Assembly: GCA_041494685.1 (NCBI GenBank)
Contig: JBGQBE010000004.1
Span: 1 to 64,000, forward strand
From: Dehalococcoidia bacterium
GTDB lineage: Bacteria; Chloroflexota; Dehalococcoidia; DSTF01; JACRBR01
Length of the DNA: 64,000 nucleotides
Reading direction: 5' to 3'
Part shown: piece after piece, positions 9,531 through 19,245 of the stretch
How the letters are laid out: each line of letters starts with the position of its first letter
Numbering within the stretch: position 1 is the stretch's first letter
Translations under genes and position numbers: made by a program
Notes under the pieces: model-generated
Told to the model about the DNA's origin: nothing
The model's input: the letters and a program-made list of their open reading frames with translations, nothing else
Databases searched by the model: none

Positions 9531-9848
9531 ATGCCGCGAATCCGCATCCTGCCGCTCGACGTAACGATCGGCGCCGCGGACGGAGCCACGGTCATGGGCG
9601 CGGCGCAGGCGGCCGGGTACTACTGGCCCACTACCTGCGGCGGCGAAGGACGCTGCACCACCTGCGCCTGCGAGGTGCTCGCCGGTGCGTCCGCCCTCGC
9701 CCCGCGCGGCCGCGCCGAGGAGCGCACGCTGGTGGCGGCGCGCGGCCCCTCCGTCCTGTCGACGTCCGTCCGCCTCGCGTGCCAGGCGCGCATCGCGGGC
9801 AGCGCATCGATCACCGTGAAGAAGCCGGGTGTGCGCCCGCCCGCCTAG
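9531..9848 (+). CDS. 2Fe-2S ferredoxin-type protein
   Basis: CGGEGRCTTC ... RLACQ. Confidence 0.88.
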   Translation: MPRIRILPLDVTIGAADGATVMGAAQAAGYYWPTTCGGEGRCTTCACEVLAGASALAPRGRAEERTLVAARGPSVLSTSVRLACQARIAGSASITVKKPGVRPPA

Positions 9849-9900
9849 AAGCGGCGCCTTGCTGGACCGGGAGTAACAGCCTCAGAGGAGCCGCAGCGCT

Positions 9901-10194
9901 ATGGCCTACGTCATCACGGAGCCCTGCATCGGCACGAAGGACGCGTCCTGCGTGGACGTCTGCCCCGTCGACTGCATCTACACCCGCGAGCAGGACCCGC
10001 AGTACTACATCGACCCCGATACCTGCATCGACTGCGCCGCCTGCGAGTCCGTCTGCCCCGTCAACGCCATCTACTTCGAAGAGGACGTGCCCGCCGAGTG
10101 GAAGCAGTACGTCCAGATGAACCGCGCCTTCTTCAAGGACGTCCCCGTCTCCGAGCGCACCTTCCGCCCCCGCACCGAGCGCACGTCGTCCTAG
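9901..10194 (+). CDS. 7Fe/8Fe ferredoxin (FdxA-type)
   Basis: MAYVITEPCIGTKDASCVDVCPVDCI ... CIDCAACESVCPVNAI, with an AGGAG RBS. Confidence 0.93.
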   Translation: MAYVITEPCIGTKDASCVDVCPVDCIYTREQDPQYYIDPDTCIDCAACESVCPVNAIYFEEDVPAEWKQYVQMNRAFFKDVPVSERTFRPRTERTSS

Positions 10195-10355
10195 CGCGGC
10201 CGCGGCCCGTCGCAGGGCCGTCGTAGCGCGCGCGGCGGTCCGATCACGGGGCGCCCTGCCGCAATCTTTGATCCTGCAGACTCCGGTTTGTTGCGATCCG
10301 GATCATCGTCCTATACAGTTTCCCCGGCGGTAGTGGGTGTGGAGGGCAAGTAAGG

Positions 10356-10757
10356 GTGTCCCGGCTGCCGCATCTCTCCGCACTCCCGCTCGTGCTCGGC
10401 CTTGCCGCGCTGGCCTTCGCCTACCTCAGCTTCACCACCAGCCGTTACGTCATCCACAACTACCAGCTGCACCAGCAGGAGTCGCAGGTGCGCCGCCAGA
10501 TCGACCAGCTCAACAAGGACCACGAGCAGCTCGTCGCCGTGCGCGACTACCTCAAGTCCGACGAGTACGTCCAGGCCGTCGCCCGCCGCGTCCTCGGCCT
10601 CGTCAACCCCGGCGAGACCCTCGTCATCGTGAGCGGCACCACGCCCCCGCCCGCGACGCCCGTCGCGCAGGGGAGTCCCGGCGCCGAGTGGTGGAAGGAG
10701 CTCTTCGGCAGCGGCGGCGCCGCCACGCCCGCCCCGACGCCGTCACCCGGACGCTAG
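10356..10757 (+). CDS. Septum formation initiator family protein (FtsB/DivIC)
   Basis: Single TM, coiled coil, YLKSDEYVQAVARRVLGLVNPGE. Confidence 0.8.
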   Translation: MSRLPHLSALPLVLGLAALAFAYLSFTTSRYVIHNYQLHQQESQVRRQIDQLNKDHEQLVAVRDYLKSDEYVQAVARRVLGLVNPGETLVIVSGTTPPPATPVAQGSPGAEWWKELFGSGGAATPAPTPSPGR

Positions 10758-10877
10758 CGCCGGGCGTCCGCAAGCCGGAGACCGGGCCGCGGAGTACGTG
10801 ATCACCCATCACCGGTCACCAGGCGACCATCGAGGCCGTTGCGCCCGGCGCGCGAACCCTGTTAGCCTCGTGGCCTG

Positions 10878-11594
10878 ATGAGCGACGACCGCGCGCCCTA
10901 CACCCTTATCCGCGACCTGCCCCCGAGCGACCGCCCGCGCGAGCGGCTGCGCGACGCCGGCCCCGCCGCGCTCTCCAACGCCGAACTCCTCGCCATCATC
11001 CTCCGCGTGGGCGGCGCCAAGCAGAGCGCGCTCAGCCAGGCGAACAGCCTGCTCGCGCGGTTCAGCGGGCTCCCCGGCCTGCGCTCCGCCGCCTTTCTCG
11101 AGCTCTGCCGCGAGCCCGGCATCGGCGAGGCGAAGGCCGCGCAGATCAAAGCGGCGCTCGAACTCGGCGTGCGGCTCTCGTCCTACAACGCCGACGACCG
11201 GCCACTCGTCCGCACGCCGGACGACATCGCCAACCTCGTCATGGCGGAGATGTCGCTGCTGCAGCAGGAGCACGTGCGCGTCATGCTGCTCGACGCGAAG
11301 AACCGCCTGCTCTCGATGCAGACGGTCTACGTCGGCAGCGTCCACACCGCGCACGTCCGCATCGCCGAGCTGCTCAGCGATGCCGTGCGCATCCGCGCCG
11401 CGGCGATCGTCGTCCTGCACAACCACCCCTCCGGCGACCCCACGCCGTCGCCCGCCGACGTCACCCTGACGCGCGGCATCTTCGAGGCGTCGCGCCTCCT
11501 CGGCATCGACCTGCTGGACCACGTCATCATCGGCGGCGGCCGCTACGTCAGCATGCACGCGCTCAAGGCCGGCTTCCCGGGAGCCGCCCGGTGA
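10878..11594 (+). CDS. radC: RadC family JAB-domain protein
   Basis: RPRERL, LSNAELLAI, GIGEAKA, HNHPSGDPTPS.AD and LLDH motifs. Confidence 0.93.
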   Translation: MSDDRAPYTLIRDLPPSDRPRERLRDAGPAALSNAELLAIILRVGGAKQSALSQANSLLARFSGLPGLRSAAFLELCREPGIGEAKAAQIKAALELGVRLSSYNADDRPLVRTPDDIANLVMAEMSLLQQEHVRVMLLDAKNRLLSMQTVYVGSVHTAHVRIAELLSDAVRIRAAAIVVLHNHPSGDPTPSPADVTLTRGIFEASRLLGIDLLDHVIIGGGRYVSMHALKAGFPGAAR

Positions 11595-12412
11595 ACGGCG
11601 CAGCGGCGGGCCGCCGCAAGGTCCGGCTGGTCGCGCTCGACCTCGACGGCACGCTGCTCACGCGCGCCAGCAGCGTCAGCGACGGCAACGCCGCCGCGGT
11701 GCGCGAAGCCGTCGCCGCGGGCGTGCACGTCGTCTTCGCCACGTCGCGCTGGTACGCGCTGGCGAAGCACACCGCTGACGCGCTCGGCGTCACGTCGCCG
11801 ATCATCTGCCACAACGGCGCCATGGTGCGCAGCCCCATCGACGATGCGCGGCTGCTGGAGCTGGACGTGCCCGCCGCCGCCGCGGTCGAGATCGCCGCCA
11901 TCGCCGACGAAGCCCGCTACGAGTCGATGGTCACAGTGGACGACGTCACGCACATGATCACGAAACGGCCCGACGTCGACCCGGCGCGACTGCCCCACGG
12001 CATGGTGCTGACCGACCGGCTCTCCGACCACGTCGCCGGCGGCGCGGAGTCGTTCCTCTTCTTCGGCCAGGACGCGGTGGACGGCGTCCAGCAGCGCCTC
12101 GGCACGCGCTATGCGGGCGTGCTCAACATGGCCTGGGGCTACAGCGAGACGTTTCCGCCGTACCTGAACATCGTCCACGCCGGCGCCGACAAGGGCCGCG
12201 CCCTGCGCCTGGTGTGCGAGCACGTCGGCGTCGCGCCGGAGGACGCGATGGCGATCGGCGACGCCCTGCCCGACCTGGAGATGATGCGCGTCGCCGGCCT
12301 CAGCATGGCGATGGGCAACGCTCCCGACGACGTGAAGGCGCAAGTCGACGTCGTCGGCCCCGCCAACGACGCCGACGGCGTGGCCTGGGCCATCCGCACC
12401 TTCGCCCTGTAG
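11591..12412 (+). CDS. Cof-type HAD-IIB hydrolase
   Basis: DLDGTLL, HNGA, KG.AL, IGD..PD and AMGNA motifs. Confidence 0.9.
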   Translation: MNGAAAGRRKVRLVALDLDGTLLTRASSVSDGNAAAVREAVAAGVHVVFATSRWYALAKHTADALGVTSPIICHNGAMVRSPIDDARLLELDVPAAAAVEIAAIADEARYESMVTVDDVTHMITKRPDVDPARLPHGMVLTDRLSDHVAGGAESFLFFGQDAVDGVQQRLGTRYAGVLNMAWGYSETFPPYLNIVHAGADKGRALRLVCEHVGVAPEDAMAIGDALPDLEMMRVAGLSMAMGNAPDDVKAQVDVVGPANDADGVAWAIRTFAL

Positions 12413-12456
12413 CAGCCGCTTCCCGTATCCCGCCTCCCCCTGTACCCTCCGTCCCG

Positions 12457-12993
12457 ATGGCCTCTATCGTCACCCTCATCGACGACCCGTTCCGCGACGC
12501 CATCGAGAACATCTGGGGCGAACTGAAGGCCGTCTTCGGCCTCAAGCAGCTGCGCGGCTCCACCGCGCCCTGCTTCACCTGGCACGCCGCCGCGCGCTAC
12601 GACCACGCCGCACTCGACGCCGCGCTGGTCCGCGTCGCCGCCGGCGCGCCGCCGCTCCAGGCGGCGACCGGCCAGCTCGCGCTGCTCCGCGGCGCCGAAT
12701 GCCTGCTCTACATCCCCGTCCTCGCCGACGACGCATTGCTCGCCCTGCACGCGCGGATCTGGGACGCGGCGGGCGCCGTCGCCCGCGACGCGCGCGCCGC
12801 CTACGCCGCCGCGACCTGGGCGCCGCACATCAGCATCGCCATCGGCCCCCTGTCCGGACCGGAGGTCGAGGACATCCTCCCCTTCCTTAACACCCGCGAC
12901 ACGGCCGGCCGCGTCCCCGTCACGAACCTCACCGCCATCCCCGGCGCCCGCTCCACGCGGGAGTCATGGCGCACGTTCGCGCTGCGGCCGTAA
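12457..12993 (+). CDS. 2H phosphoesterase / 2'-5' RNA ligase-like protein
   Basis: WAPHISIA is the second HxS motif; the first appears degenerate (PCFTW). Start trimmed from ORF 12214. Confidence 0.6.
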   Translation: MASIVTLIDDPFRDAIENIWGELKAVFGLKQLRGSTAPCFTWHAAARYDHAALDAALVRVAAGAPPLQAATGQLALLRGAECLLYIPVLADDALLALHARIWDAAGAVARDARAAYAAATWAPHISIAIGPLSGPEVEDILPFLNTRDTAGRVPVTNLTAIPGARSTRESWRTFALRP

Positions 12994-13057
12994 CCCGCGA
13001 GGCCCGTGGTCACCAGCGACCAACGACCCTCGACCAATCCGATACCATAAGGGTCCA

Positions 13058-16000
13058 ATGACCGACCGAACTGACCGCATCAAGCTGCTTCACGAGGCGC
13101 TCGCGGAGCGCATCCTCGTCATCGGCGGGCCGTACGGCACGTACCTGCACGGCCGCGACCTGACGCCCGCCGATTACGGCGGCGTCGCGCACGACGGCTG
13201 CCCGGAACAGCTCAACGTCACCCGCCCGGATGTCATCGCCGACGCCCATCGCGGCTACCTCGAAGCCGGCGCCGACATCATCGCTACCAACACGTTCGGC
13301 GGCGGCTCGATCGTGCTCGCCGAATTCGCGCTCGAGGACCGTGTGTTCGAGATCAACCACGCCGCCGCGCGCCTTTCGCGCGAAGTCGCGGCCGCCTACA
13401 GCACGCCCGCCCGCCCGCGCTTCGTCGCCGGCAACCTGGGCCCGACCACCAGGGCCCTCTCCGTCACCGGCGGCATCACGTTTCAGGAGATGGCCGACGT
13501 CTATCACGGCTGGTCGGCCGGCCTCGTCGCCGGTGGCGCCGACCTGCTCGTGCTGGAGACGCAGAACGACACCCGCACCATCAAGGCCGCGCTCCGCGGC
13601 ATCGAGCGCGCCTTCGCGGAAGCGGGCGAGCCCGTGCCCGTCGTAGTCTCCGCCACGGTCGAACTCACCGGCACGATGCTCGCCGGCCAGACCACCGAGG
13701 CGCTCGCGGCGTCGCTGGAGTACGCCGACCTGCTCGCGCTCGGCCTCAACTGCTCCACCGGGCCGGAGTTCATGACCGACCACCTGCGCAGCCTCGCCGC
13801 GCTCACGGCCTTCCGCACCTCCGTCTGGCCGAACGCCGGCCTGCCCGACGAGGACGGCCGCTACCGCGAGTCGCCCGTGCAGATGGCGGAGGTGCTGGAG
13901 CGCTTCATCGACAACGGCTGGCTGAACATCATCGGCGGCTGCTGCGGCACGACGTTCGAGCACACGCGCGCCTTCGCACAGATGGCCGAGGGCAAGCGCC
14001 CGCGCGTCGCCGCACCGCAGATCAGGACGGTCTTTTCGGGCATCGACTTCCTGGAGGCGACCGACGACAACCGCCCGCTGATCGTCGGCGAGCGCACGAA
14101 CGAGGTCGGCTCGCGCGCATTCAAGAAGCTCATCTCGGCCGAGCAGTACGAAGAGGCCAGCGAGCTCGCCCGCCGCCAGGTGAAGGGCGGCGCGCAGATC
14201 ATCGACGTCAACCTGCAGAACGCCGACCGCGAAGAACTGTACGACGTGGACCGCTTCTACGAGAAGCTGATCCGCAAGGTCAAGGTGCCGATCATGATCG
14301 ACACCACCGACCCCGTCGCGATCGCGCGGGCCCTCACCTACTGCCAGGGCAAGTCGATCATCAACTCGGTCAACCTGGAGGACGGACTCGAAAAGTTCGA
14401 GCGCGTCGCGCCGCTCGCACGCGCCTACGGCGCCGCCCTCATTGTCGGCTGCATCGATGAGGACAAGGAGCAGGCGCAGGCCGTCACGCGCGAGCGCAAG
14501 GTCGAGATCGCGCTCCGTTCCTGGAAGCTGTTGACGGAGCAGTTCGGGATCCACCCCGGCGACATCATCTTCGACCCGCTGACCTTCCCCTGCGCCACCG
14601 GCGACCAGAACTACGTCGGCAGCGCCGTCGAGACGATCGAGGGCATCCGGCTGATCAAGCAGGCGCTGCCGTACGCGAAGACGGTGCTGGGCGTGAGCAA
14701 CGTCTCGTTCGGCGTGCCCGCCGCCGGCCGCGAGGTGCTGAACTCCGTCTTCCTGTACCACTGCACGAAGGCCGGGCTCGACCTCGCCATCGTCAACGCG
14801 GAGAAGCTCGAGCGCTACGCCTCCATCCCGGAGGACGAGCGCAAGCTCGCCGAGGACCTGCTCTGGAACCGCGGTGACGACCCGATCGCCGCCTTCACGG
14901 CGCACTTCCGCGGCGCGCAGTCGCGCGTCCGCAAGGACGTCTCGTCGCTGCCGCTCGACGAGCGCCTCGCCAACTACATCATCGAGGGCTCGAAGGACGG
15001 CCTCGTCGCCGACCTCGACCTCAAACTGAAGGAAGCGCCGCCGCTGGAGATCGTCAACGGCCCGCTGATGAAGGGCATGGACGAGGTCGGCCGGCTCTTC
15101 AACGCGAACGAGCTGATCGTCGCCGAGGTGCTGCAGAGCGCCGAAGCGATGAAGGCCGCCGTCTCGCACCTCGAGCAGTTCATGGAGAAGAACGAGACCT
15201 CCGCGCGCGGCAAGGTGCTGCTGGCGACGGTGAAGGGCGATGTCCATGACATCGGCAAGAACCTCGTCGACATCATCATCTCCAACAACGGCTACACCGT
15301 CGTCAACCTCGGCATCAAGATCCCGCCCGAGGCGCTGATCGAGGCCGCGCAGAAGCACCGCCCCGACGCGATCGGCCTCTCCGGCCTGCTCGTGAAGTCG
15401 GCGCAGCAGATGGTGATCACCGCCGGCGACCTGCGCGCGGCCGGCATCGACCTGCCGCTGCTCGTCGGCGGCGCGGCGCTCTCCGACCGCTTCACGCGCT
15501 CGAAGATCGCGCCCGCGTACGAGGGCACGGTCATCTACTGCAACGACGCCATGAACGGGCTCGACACGCTCAATCGGCTGATGGACCCGGACGAGCGCAC
15601 GCGCCTCGAATCGGAGCTGCGCGAGAAGCCGCTCGCCGAACGCGCCGCGCCCGACCCGGCCGACGCCTATCCGGAGACGCAGCAGCGCAGCGCGAAGATC
15701 TCGCTCGACGTGCCGGTGCCGCCCGTCCCGGACCTGGACCGCCACGTCGAACGCGACATCGACCTCGACGAGGCCTGGAGCTACATCAACCCGCAGATGC
15801 TCTACGGCCGCCACCTGGGCTTCCGCGGCCGCTTCAGCGACGCGCTCGCCGCGGGCGACGTGAAGGCGCTGGAACTGGAGCGGACGATCGAGGCGATGAA
15901 GGCCGAGTGTCGCGCCGGCGCGATGCACGCGCGCGCCGTCTGGCAGTTCTTCGAGGCCGAGCCCGACGGCAACCGCATCCACGTCTATCGCCCCGGCGAT

Positions 16001-16555
16001 GGCGTGCCCGCTGCCACGTTCACCTTCCCGCGCCAGCGCAAGCCCGACGGCCTCGCGCTCAGCGATCTGCTGCTGCCCGCCACTCGCGACGGCCACGGCC
16101 GCGCGCACCAGCGCGACCACCTCGCGATCTTCGTCACGACCGCCGGCGAGGGCATCCGCGAGCGCGCCGAAGCCGCCAAGGCCGCCGGCGAGTACCTGCG
16201 CTCGTACGCGCTGATGGCGCTCGCGCTCGAGACGGCCGAGGGCACGGCCGAGTGGCTGCACGCGAAGCTGCGCGCGCTCTGGGGGTTCGCCGACGCGCCC
16301 GATCTGCCGCGCAAGGACGTCTTCCAGGCGCACTACCGCGGCAAGCGCTACTCGTTCGGCTATCCCGCCTGCCCCGACCTGGAGCAGCAGGTGCCGCTCT
16401 TCGGCCTGCTCCGGCCGCAGGAGATCGGCGCCGAACTCACCGAAGGCTTCATGATGGAGCCCGAGGCGACGGTCAGCGCCCTCGTCTTCCACCACCCGGA
16501 CGCCACTTACTTCAGCACCGGCCCCGGGGACGACGAGGCGACCGCGCCGGGCTGA
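13058..16555 (+). CDS. metH: Cobalamin-dependent methionine synthase
   Basis: GLNC, GGCCG, IVGERTN, GDVHDIGKNLV and RYSFGYPACPDL motifs. Confidence 0.97.
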   Translation: MTDRTDRIKLLHEALAERILVIGGPYGTYLHGRDLTPADYGGVAHDGCPEQLNVTRPDVIADAHRGYLEAGADIIATNTFGGGSIVLAEFALEDRVFEINHAAARLSREVAAAYSTPARPRFVAGNLGPTTRALSVTGGITFQEMADVYHGWSAGLVAGGADLLVLETQNDTRTIKAALRGIERAFAEAGEPVPVVVSATVELTGTMLAGQTTEALAASLEYADLLALGLNCSTGPEFMTDHLRSLAALTAFRTSVWPNAGLPDEDGRYRESPVQMAEVLERFIDNGWLNIIGGCCGTTFEHTRAFAQMAEGKRPRVAAPQIRTVFSGIDFLEATDDNRPLIVGERTNEVGSRAFKKLISAEQYEEASELARRQVKGGAQIIDVNLQNADREELYDVDRFYEKLIRKVKVPIMIDTTDPVAIARALTYCQGKSIINSVNLEDGLEKFERVAPLARAYGAALIVGCIDEDKEQAQAVTRERKVEIALRSWKLLTEQFGIHPGDIIFDPLTFPCATGDQNYVGSAVETIEGIRLIKQALPYAKTVLGVSNVSFGVPAAGREVLNSVFLYHCTKAGLDLAIVNAEKLERYASIPEDERKLAEDLLWNRGDDPIAAFTAHFRGAQSRVRKDVSSLPLDERLANYIIEGSKDGLVADLDLKLKEAPPLEIVNGPLMKGMDEVGRLFNANELIVAEVLQSAEAMKAAVSHLEQFMEKNETSARGKVLLATVKGDVHDIGKNLVDIIISNNGYTVVNLGIKIPPEALIEAAQKHRPDAIGLSGLLVKSAQQMVITAGDLRAAGIDLPLLVGGAALSDRFTRSKIAPAYEGTVIYCNDAMNGLDTLNRLMDPDERTRLESELREKPLAERAAPDPADAYPETQQRSAKISLDVPVPPVPDLDRHVERDIDLDEAWSYINPQMLYGRHLGFRGRFSDALAAGDVKALELERTIEAMKAECRAGAMHARAVWQFFEAEPDGNRIHVYRPGDGVPAATFTFPRQRKPDGLALSDLLLPATRDGHGRAHQRDHLAIFVTTAGEGIRERAEAAKAAGEYLRSYALMALALETAEGTAEWLHAKLRALWGFADAPDLPRKDVFQAHYRGKRYSFGYPACPDLEQQVPLFGLLRPQEIGAELTEGFMMEPEATVSALVFHHPDATYFSTGPGDDEATAPG

Positions 16556-16565
16556 TCGTGCCGCA

Positions 16566-16584
16566 GGCACTGTGCTACAGTGCC
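16566..16584. promoter_or_regulatory. Perfect inverted repeat over an extended -10 (candidate TA operator)
   Basis: GGCACTGT-GCT-ACAGTGCC, which contains TGcTACAGT. Confidence 0.5.
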
Positions 16585-16599
16585 GCGCAGGAGAGCCGC

Positions 16600-16758
16600 A
16601 TGGTCGCCGCACGCAAGCCAGACTCCACGACGAAGACCCGTACCAAAGGCCGCGCGTTAGCGTCTCCACGACAGGCGACCAAGAGCGCCAACACGCCGCA
16701 ACGCAAGATCGATAAAGTCATCAAGCGCCGTGCACCGGCGCTTCGCAAACTCGACTAA
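16600..16758 (+). CDS. Putative antitoxin (52 aa) for the Doc toxin
   Basis: AGGAG RBS. Ends 3 nt before doc. The C-terminal helix IDKVIKRRAPALRKLD resembles Doc-neutralising tails. Confidence 0.6.
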   Translation: MVAARKPDSTTKTRTKGRALASPRQATKSANTPQRKIDKVIKRRAPALRKLD

Positions 16759-16761
16759 GCG

Positions 16762-17175
16762 ATGCCCCGCCGCTGGTGGTACCCGGAGCGCGACGACGTC
16801 GCGCTCGTCATCGCTCGCCTCGATGCCTACTTCGGCACGCGTGATGCCTCGGTGATGACGGGCAGGCTGCGAGACGCAGGGCTGCTCGACGCAGCATTGG
16901 CGCTGCCTCGCCAGCCCTACTATCCGACGGCGATCGACAAGGCCGGTGCGATCTTCCGCTCGATGGTCAAGAATCACCCGTTCGCGGACGGCAACAAGCG
17001 CATCGCCGTTGTCATCACCGAGATGTTTCTAAACGAAAACGGGTACGCGCTTACCACGGCAAACGACGAACTGGCGGACTTCACTCTGCTCCTCGCCTCC
17101 AGCGATCCCGCCACTCCCGTCGCCGAGATCGCCGCCTGGCTGCGTCGCAATACCATACGAAGTGGGGGCCAGTGA
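16762..17175 (+). CDS. Death-on-curing (Fic/Doc) family toxin
   Basis: LRDAGLLDAAL..P and KNHPFADGNKR (Doc-type K). Confidence 0.9.
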   Translation: MPRRWWYPERDDVALVIARLDAYFGTRDASVMTGRLRDAGLLDAALALPRQPYYPTAIDKAGAIFRSMVKNHPFADGNKRIAVVITEMFLNENGYALTTANDELADFTLLLASSDPATPVAEIAAWLRRNTIRSGGQ

Positions 17176-17891
17176 CCGGGACGCCGCCGCGCACTGATTA
17201 CGAACGACGAGCTCCCGCCGCCGTCCTCTTCGACGTCGGCGGCCCAATCAACACCGAGATCGAGCACGAGCGCCGCGTCGACGCCACCATCCGCGCCGCG
17301 CTCGCCGCCGAAGGCATCGCCGTGAGCGACGCCGGCTACGCGGCGGCCAGCGACTGGGCGGTCGAGCGCTTCGCGCCGGACGCGCACACCGCCATCATCT
17401 GGCGCCTCACCGGCGGCGACGCCGCGGCCTCCGCGCGCGTCTACGCCGCGTTCCGCGGCGCGATGCGCGAATGGCCCGCGTTCGAGCTGCGCGACGGCAT
17501 CGCGGGCGTCATCGCCTGGCTGAGCGCGCGCGGCCTGCGCCTCGGCCTCGCGGCGAACCAGCCGCACGCCACGCTCGCCGTGCTCGACGCGCACGGCGTC
17601 GGCCGCTATTTCCACCACCGCGAGGTCTCCGGCACGCACGGCTACCGCAAGCCCGACGTGCGCCTCTTCCTCCGCTGCTGCGACGACCTGGGCGTCGCGC
17701 CGGAGCAGTGCGTGATGGTCGGCGACCGCATCGACAACGACATCGCGCCGGCGCGTTCGCTCGGCATGCGCACCGTGCTCTTCCGCACCGGCCGCCACAT
17801 CGCCCAGCAACCCCGTTGCGCCGCCGAGGTCCCCGACGCCGAGGTCCGCACCGCCGCGGAGCTGCGCGCCGCGCTGGAATCGCTGCTGTGA
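17172..17891 (+). CDS. HAD family hydrolase
   Basis: LFDVGG, KPD..LF and MVGDRIDNDI motifs. Confidence 0.88.
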   Translation: MTGTPPRTDYERRAPAAVLFDVGGPINTEIEHERRVDATIRAALAAEGIAVSDAGYAAASDWAVERFAPDAHTAIIWRLTGGDAAASARVYAAFRGAMREWPAFELRDGIAGVIAWLSARGLRLGLAANQPHATLAVLDAHGVGRYFHHREVSGTHGYRKPDVRLFLRCCDDLGVAPEQCVMVGDRIDNDIAPARSLGMRTVLFRTGRHIAQQPRCAAEVPDAEVRTAAELRAALESLL

Positions 17892-17981
17892 GCGCGGGGC
17901 GCGAGTTGGACGAGACCGCGGCTTGCTGTCGTCTCCGTTTATCCAGTACAACATCGGAATACTCTTAAGGAGGGTGCACCA

Positions 17982-18794
17982 ATGAATCCGAACCAGGCAT
18001 TGTGGGAAAAGGGCGACTTTACCCGGATTGCCGCGAGCATGCGCGGCAGCGGAGAGGCGCTCGTCAAGGGAATCGGGATTACAACAGGGCTCAAGGTTCT
18101 GGATCTCGGATGCGGCGATGGGACGACGGCGTTACCAGCGGCGAGACTCGGAGCGGACGTGTTAGGCGTCGATATCGCGAGGAACCTTGTTGAGGCTGGG
18201 AACAAGCGCGCACAGGAGCACGGCCTGACGAACTGCAAGTTTCAGGAAGGCGACGCGTCCGCTCTGCACGAGTTGCCAGATCATACGTTCGATCACGTCG
18301 TGAGCATCTTCGGCGCCATGTTTGCACCAAAGCCCTCCGACGTCGCCCGGGAGATGGTGCGCGTGACCCGGCCCGGAGGTCGGATCACGATGGGGAACTG
18401 GATTCCAAATGATCCGACGTTGGTGGCGCAGATCTTGAAGATCAGCTCCGCATACTCGCCGCCACCGCCGGAAGGCTTCATCAGCCCCATGACCTGGGGG
18501 ATCGAGGACAACGTCATAGAGCGGTTCGCGGGCGCCGGAGTTGCAAGAGAGAAGATCTCCTTCGTCCGGGACACCTACACATTCCACTTCCCCGGCGCAC
18601 CAGCGGAGTTCGTTGCTGCATTCAGAGACTACTACGGGCCGACCATGAATGCATTCGAAGCCGCGGAGAAGAACGGCCGAGCAGCTGATCTGCGGAAAGA
18701 GTTGGAGGCTCTCTTCACCAGCCAGAACCAGAGCCCCAGCAAGGATGCCACCACCATTCCGGCAACCTTCCTGCGCGTTACCGTCGCGCCTTGA
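17982..18794 (+). CDS. Class I SAM-dependent methyltransferase
   Basis: VLDLGCGDG, VVSIFGAMFAP and RVTRPGG motifs; AAGGAGG RBS; visibly more A/T-ending codons than its neighbours. Confidence 0.92.
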   Translation: MNPNQALWEKGDFTRIAASMRGSGEALVKGIGITTGLKVLDLGCGDGTTALPAARLGADVLGVDIARNLVEAGNKRAQEHGLTNCKFQEGDASALHELPDHTFDHVVSIFGAMFAPKPSDVAREMVRVTRPGGRITMGNWIPNDPTLVAQILKISSAYSPPPPEGFISPMTWGIEDNVIERFAGAGVAREKISFVRDTYTFHFPGAPAEFVAAFRDYYGPTMNAFEAAEKNGRAADLRKELEALFTSQNQSPSKDATTIPATFLRVTVAP

Positions 18795-18872
18795 GAGCAT
18801 CGGCGCGTGAGACGATGATCCCGGCGAGCTAGTCCTGCACGATCCGGCCCTGCTCAAGATGATTGAGTCGTC

Positions 18873-19057
18873 GGCGTCGCGTCGGACCAGTGCACCATGG
18901 TCGGCGACCGCATCGACAACGACATCGCCCCCGCGTGTTCGCTCGGCATGCGCACGGTGCTCTCCCGCACCGGCCGCCACATCGCCCAGCAGCCCCGCTG
19001 CGCCGCCGAGGTCCCCGACGCCGAAGTCCGCACCGCCCTGGAATCGCTGCTGTGAGC
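18873..19057 (+). pseudogene. Displaced 3' fragment of the HAD gene (direct repeat B, matching 17691-17893)
   Basis: About 13 substitutions and an 18-bp deletion relative to 17691-17893. Includes the stop codon. Confidence 0.92.
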
Positions 19058-19097
19058 CTGCCCGGCCTCATTCGGGCTGAAGCGGGTTCACCGAGCC

Positions 19098-19127
19098 TTG
19101 ACAGCGCCCACGACGCAAGCGTACAAT
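19098..19127 (+). promoter_or_regulatory. Promoter TTGACA-N18-TACAAT
   Basis: Near-consensus hexamers upstream of the CDS at 19246. Confidence 0.6.
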
Positions 19128-19245
19128 CGCCGATGCGATCGACAGAGTGGAGGAGCCGAGCGCAATTCGACTGCTCGCCTTGGTAAGCGCGTGTATCGCG
19201 GCCAGACGACTAACCACCGAGGACCCGACTAAGAGGCTCCCCGCG

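Noticed and set aside
12994..13057. SAM or cobalamin riboswitch upstream of metH
   Set aside because: Only about 64 nt of intergenic sequence, with no S-box or B12-box motifs.
13010..16669. Long antisense and alternate-frame ORFs (e.g. 1219 aa opposite metH, 767 aa opposite surface protein A)
   Set aside because: Shadow ORFs expected from high GC3 codon bias, with no motifs.
17691..19057. Repeat pairs as DGR template/variable repeats
   Set aside because: Mismatches are not adenine-specific and there is no reverse transcriptase in the window. The same applies to the CADD pair.
19135..19245. Riboswitch in the leader of the surface protein (GGAGCC/GGCTCC pairing)
   Set aside because: No recognisable aptamer consensus; one short helix is expected by chance at this GC.
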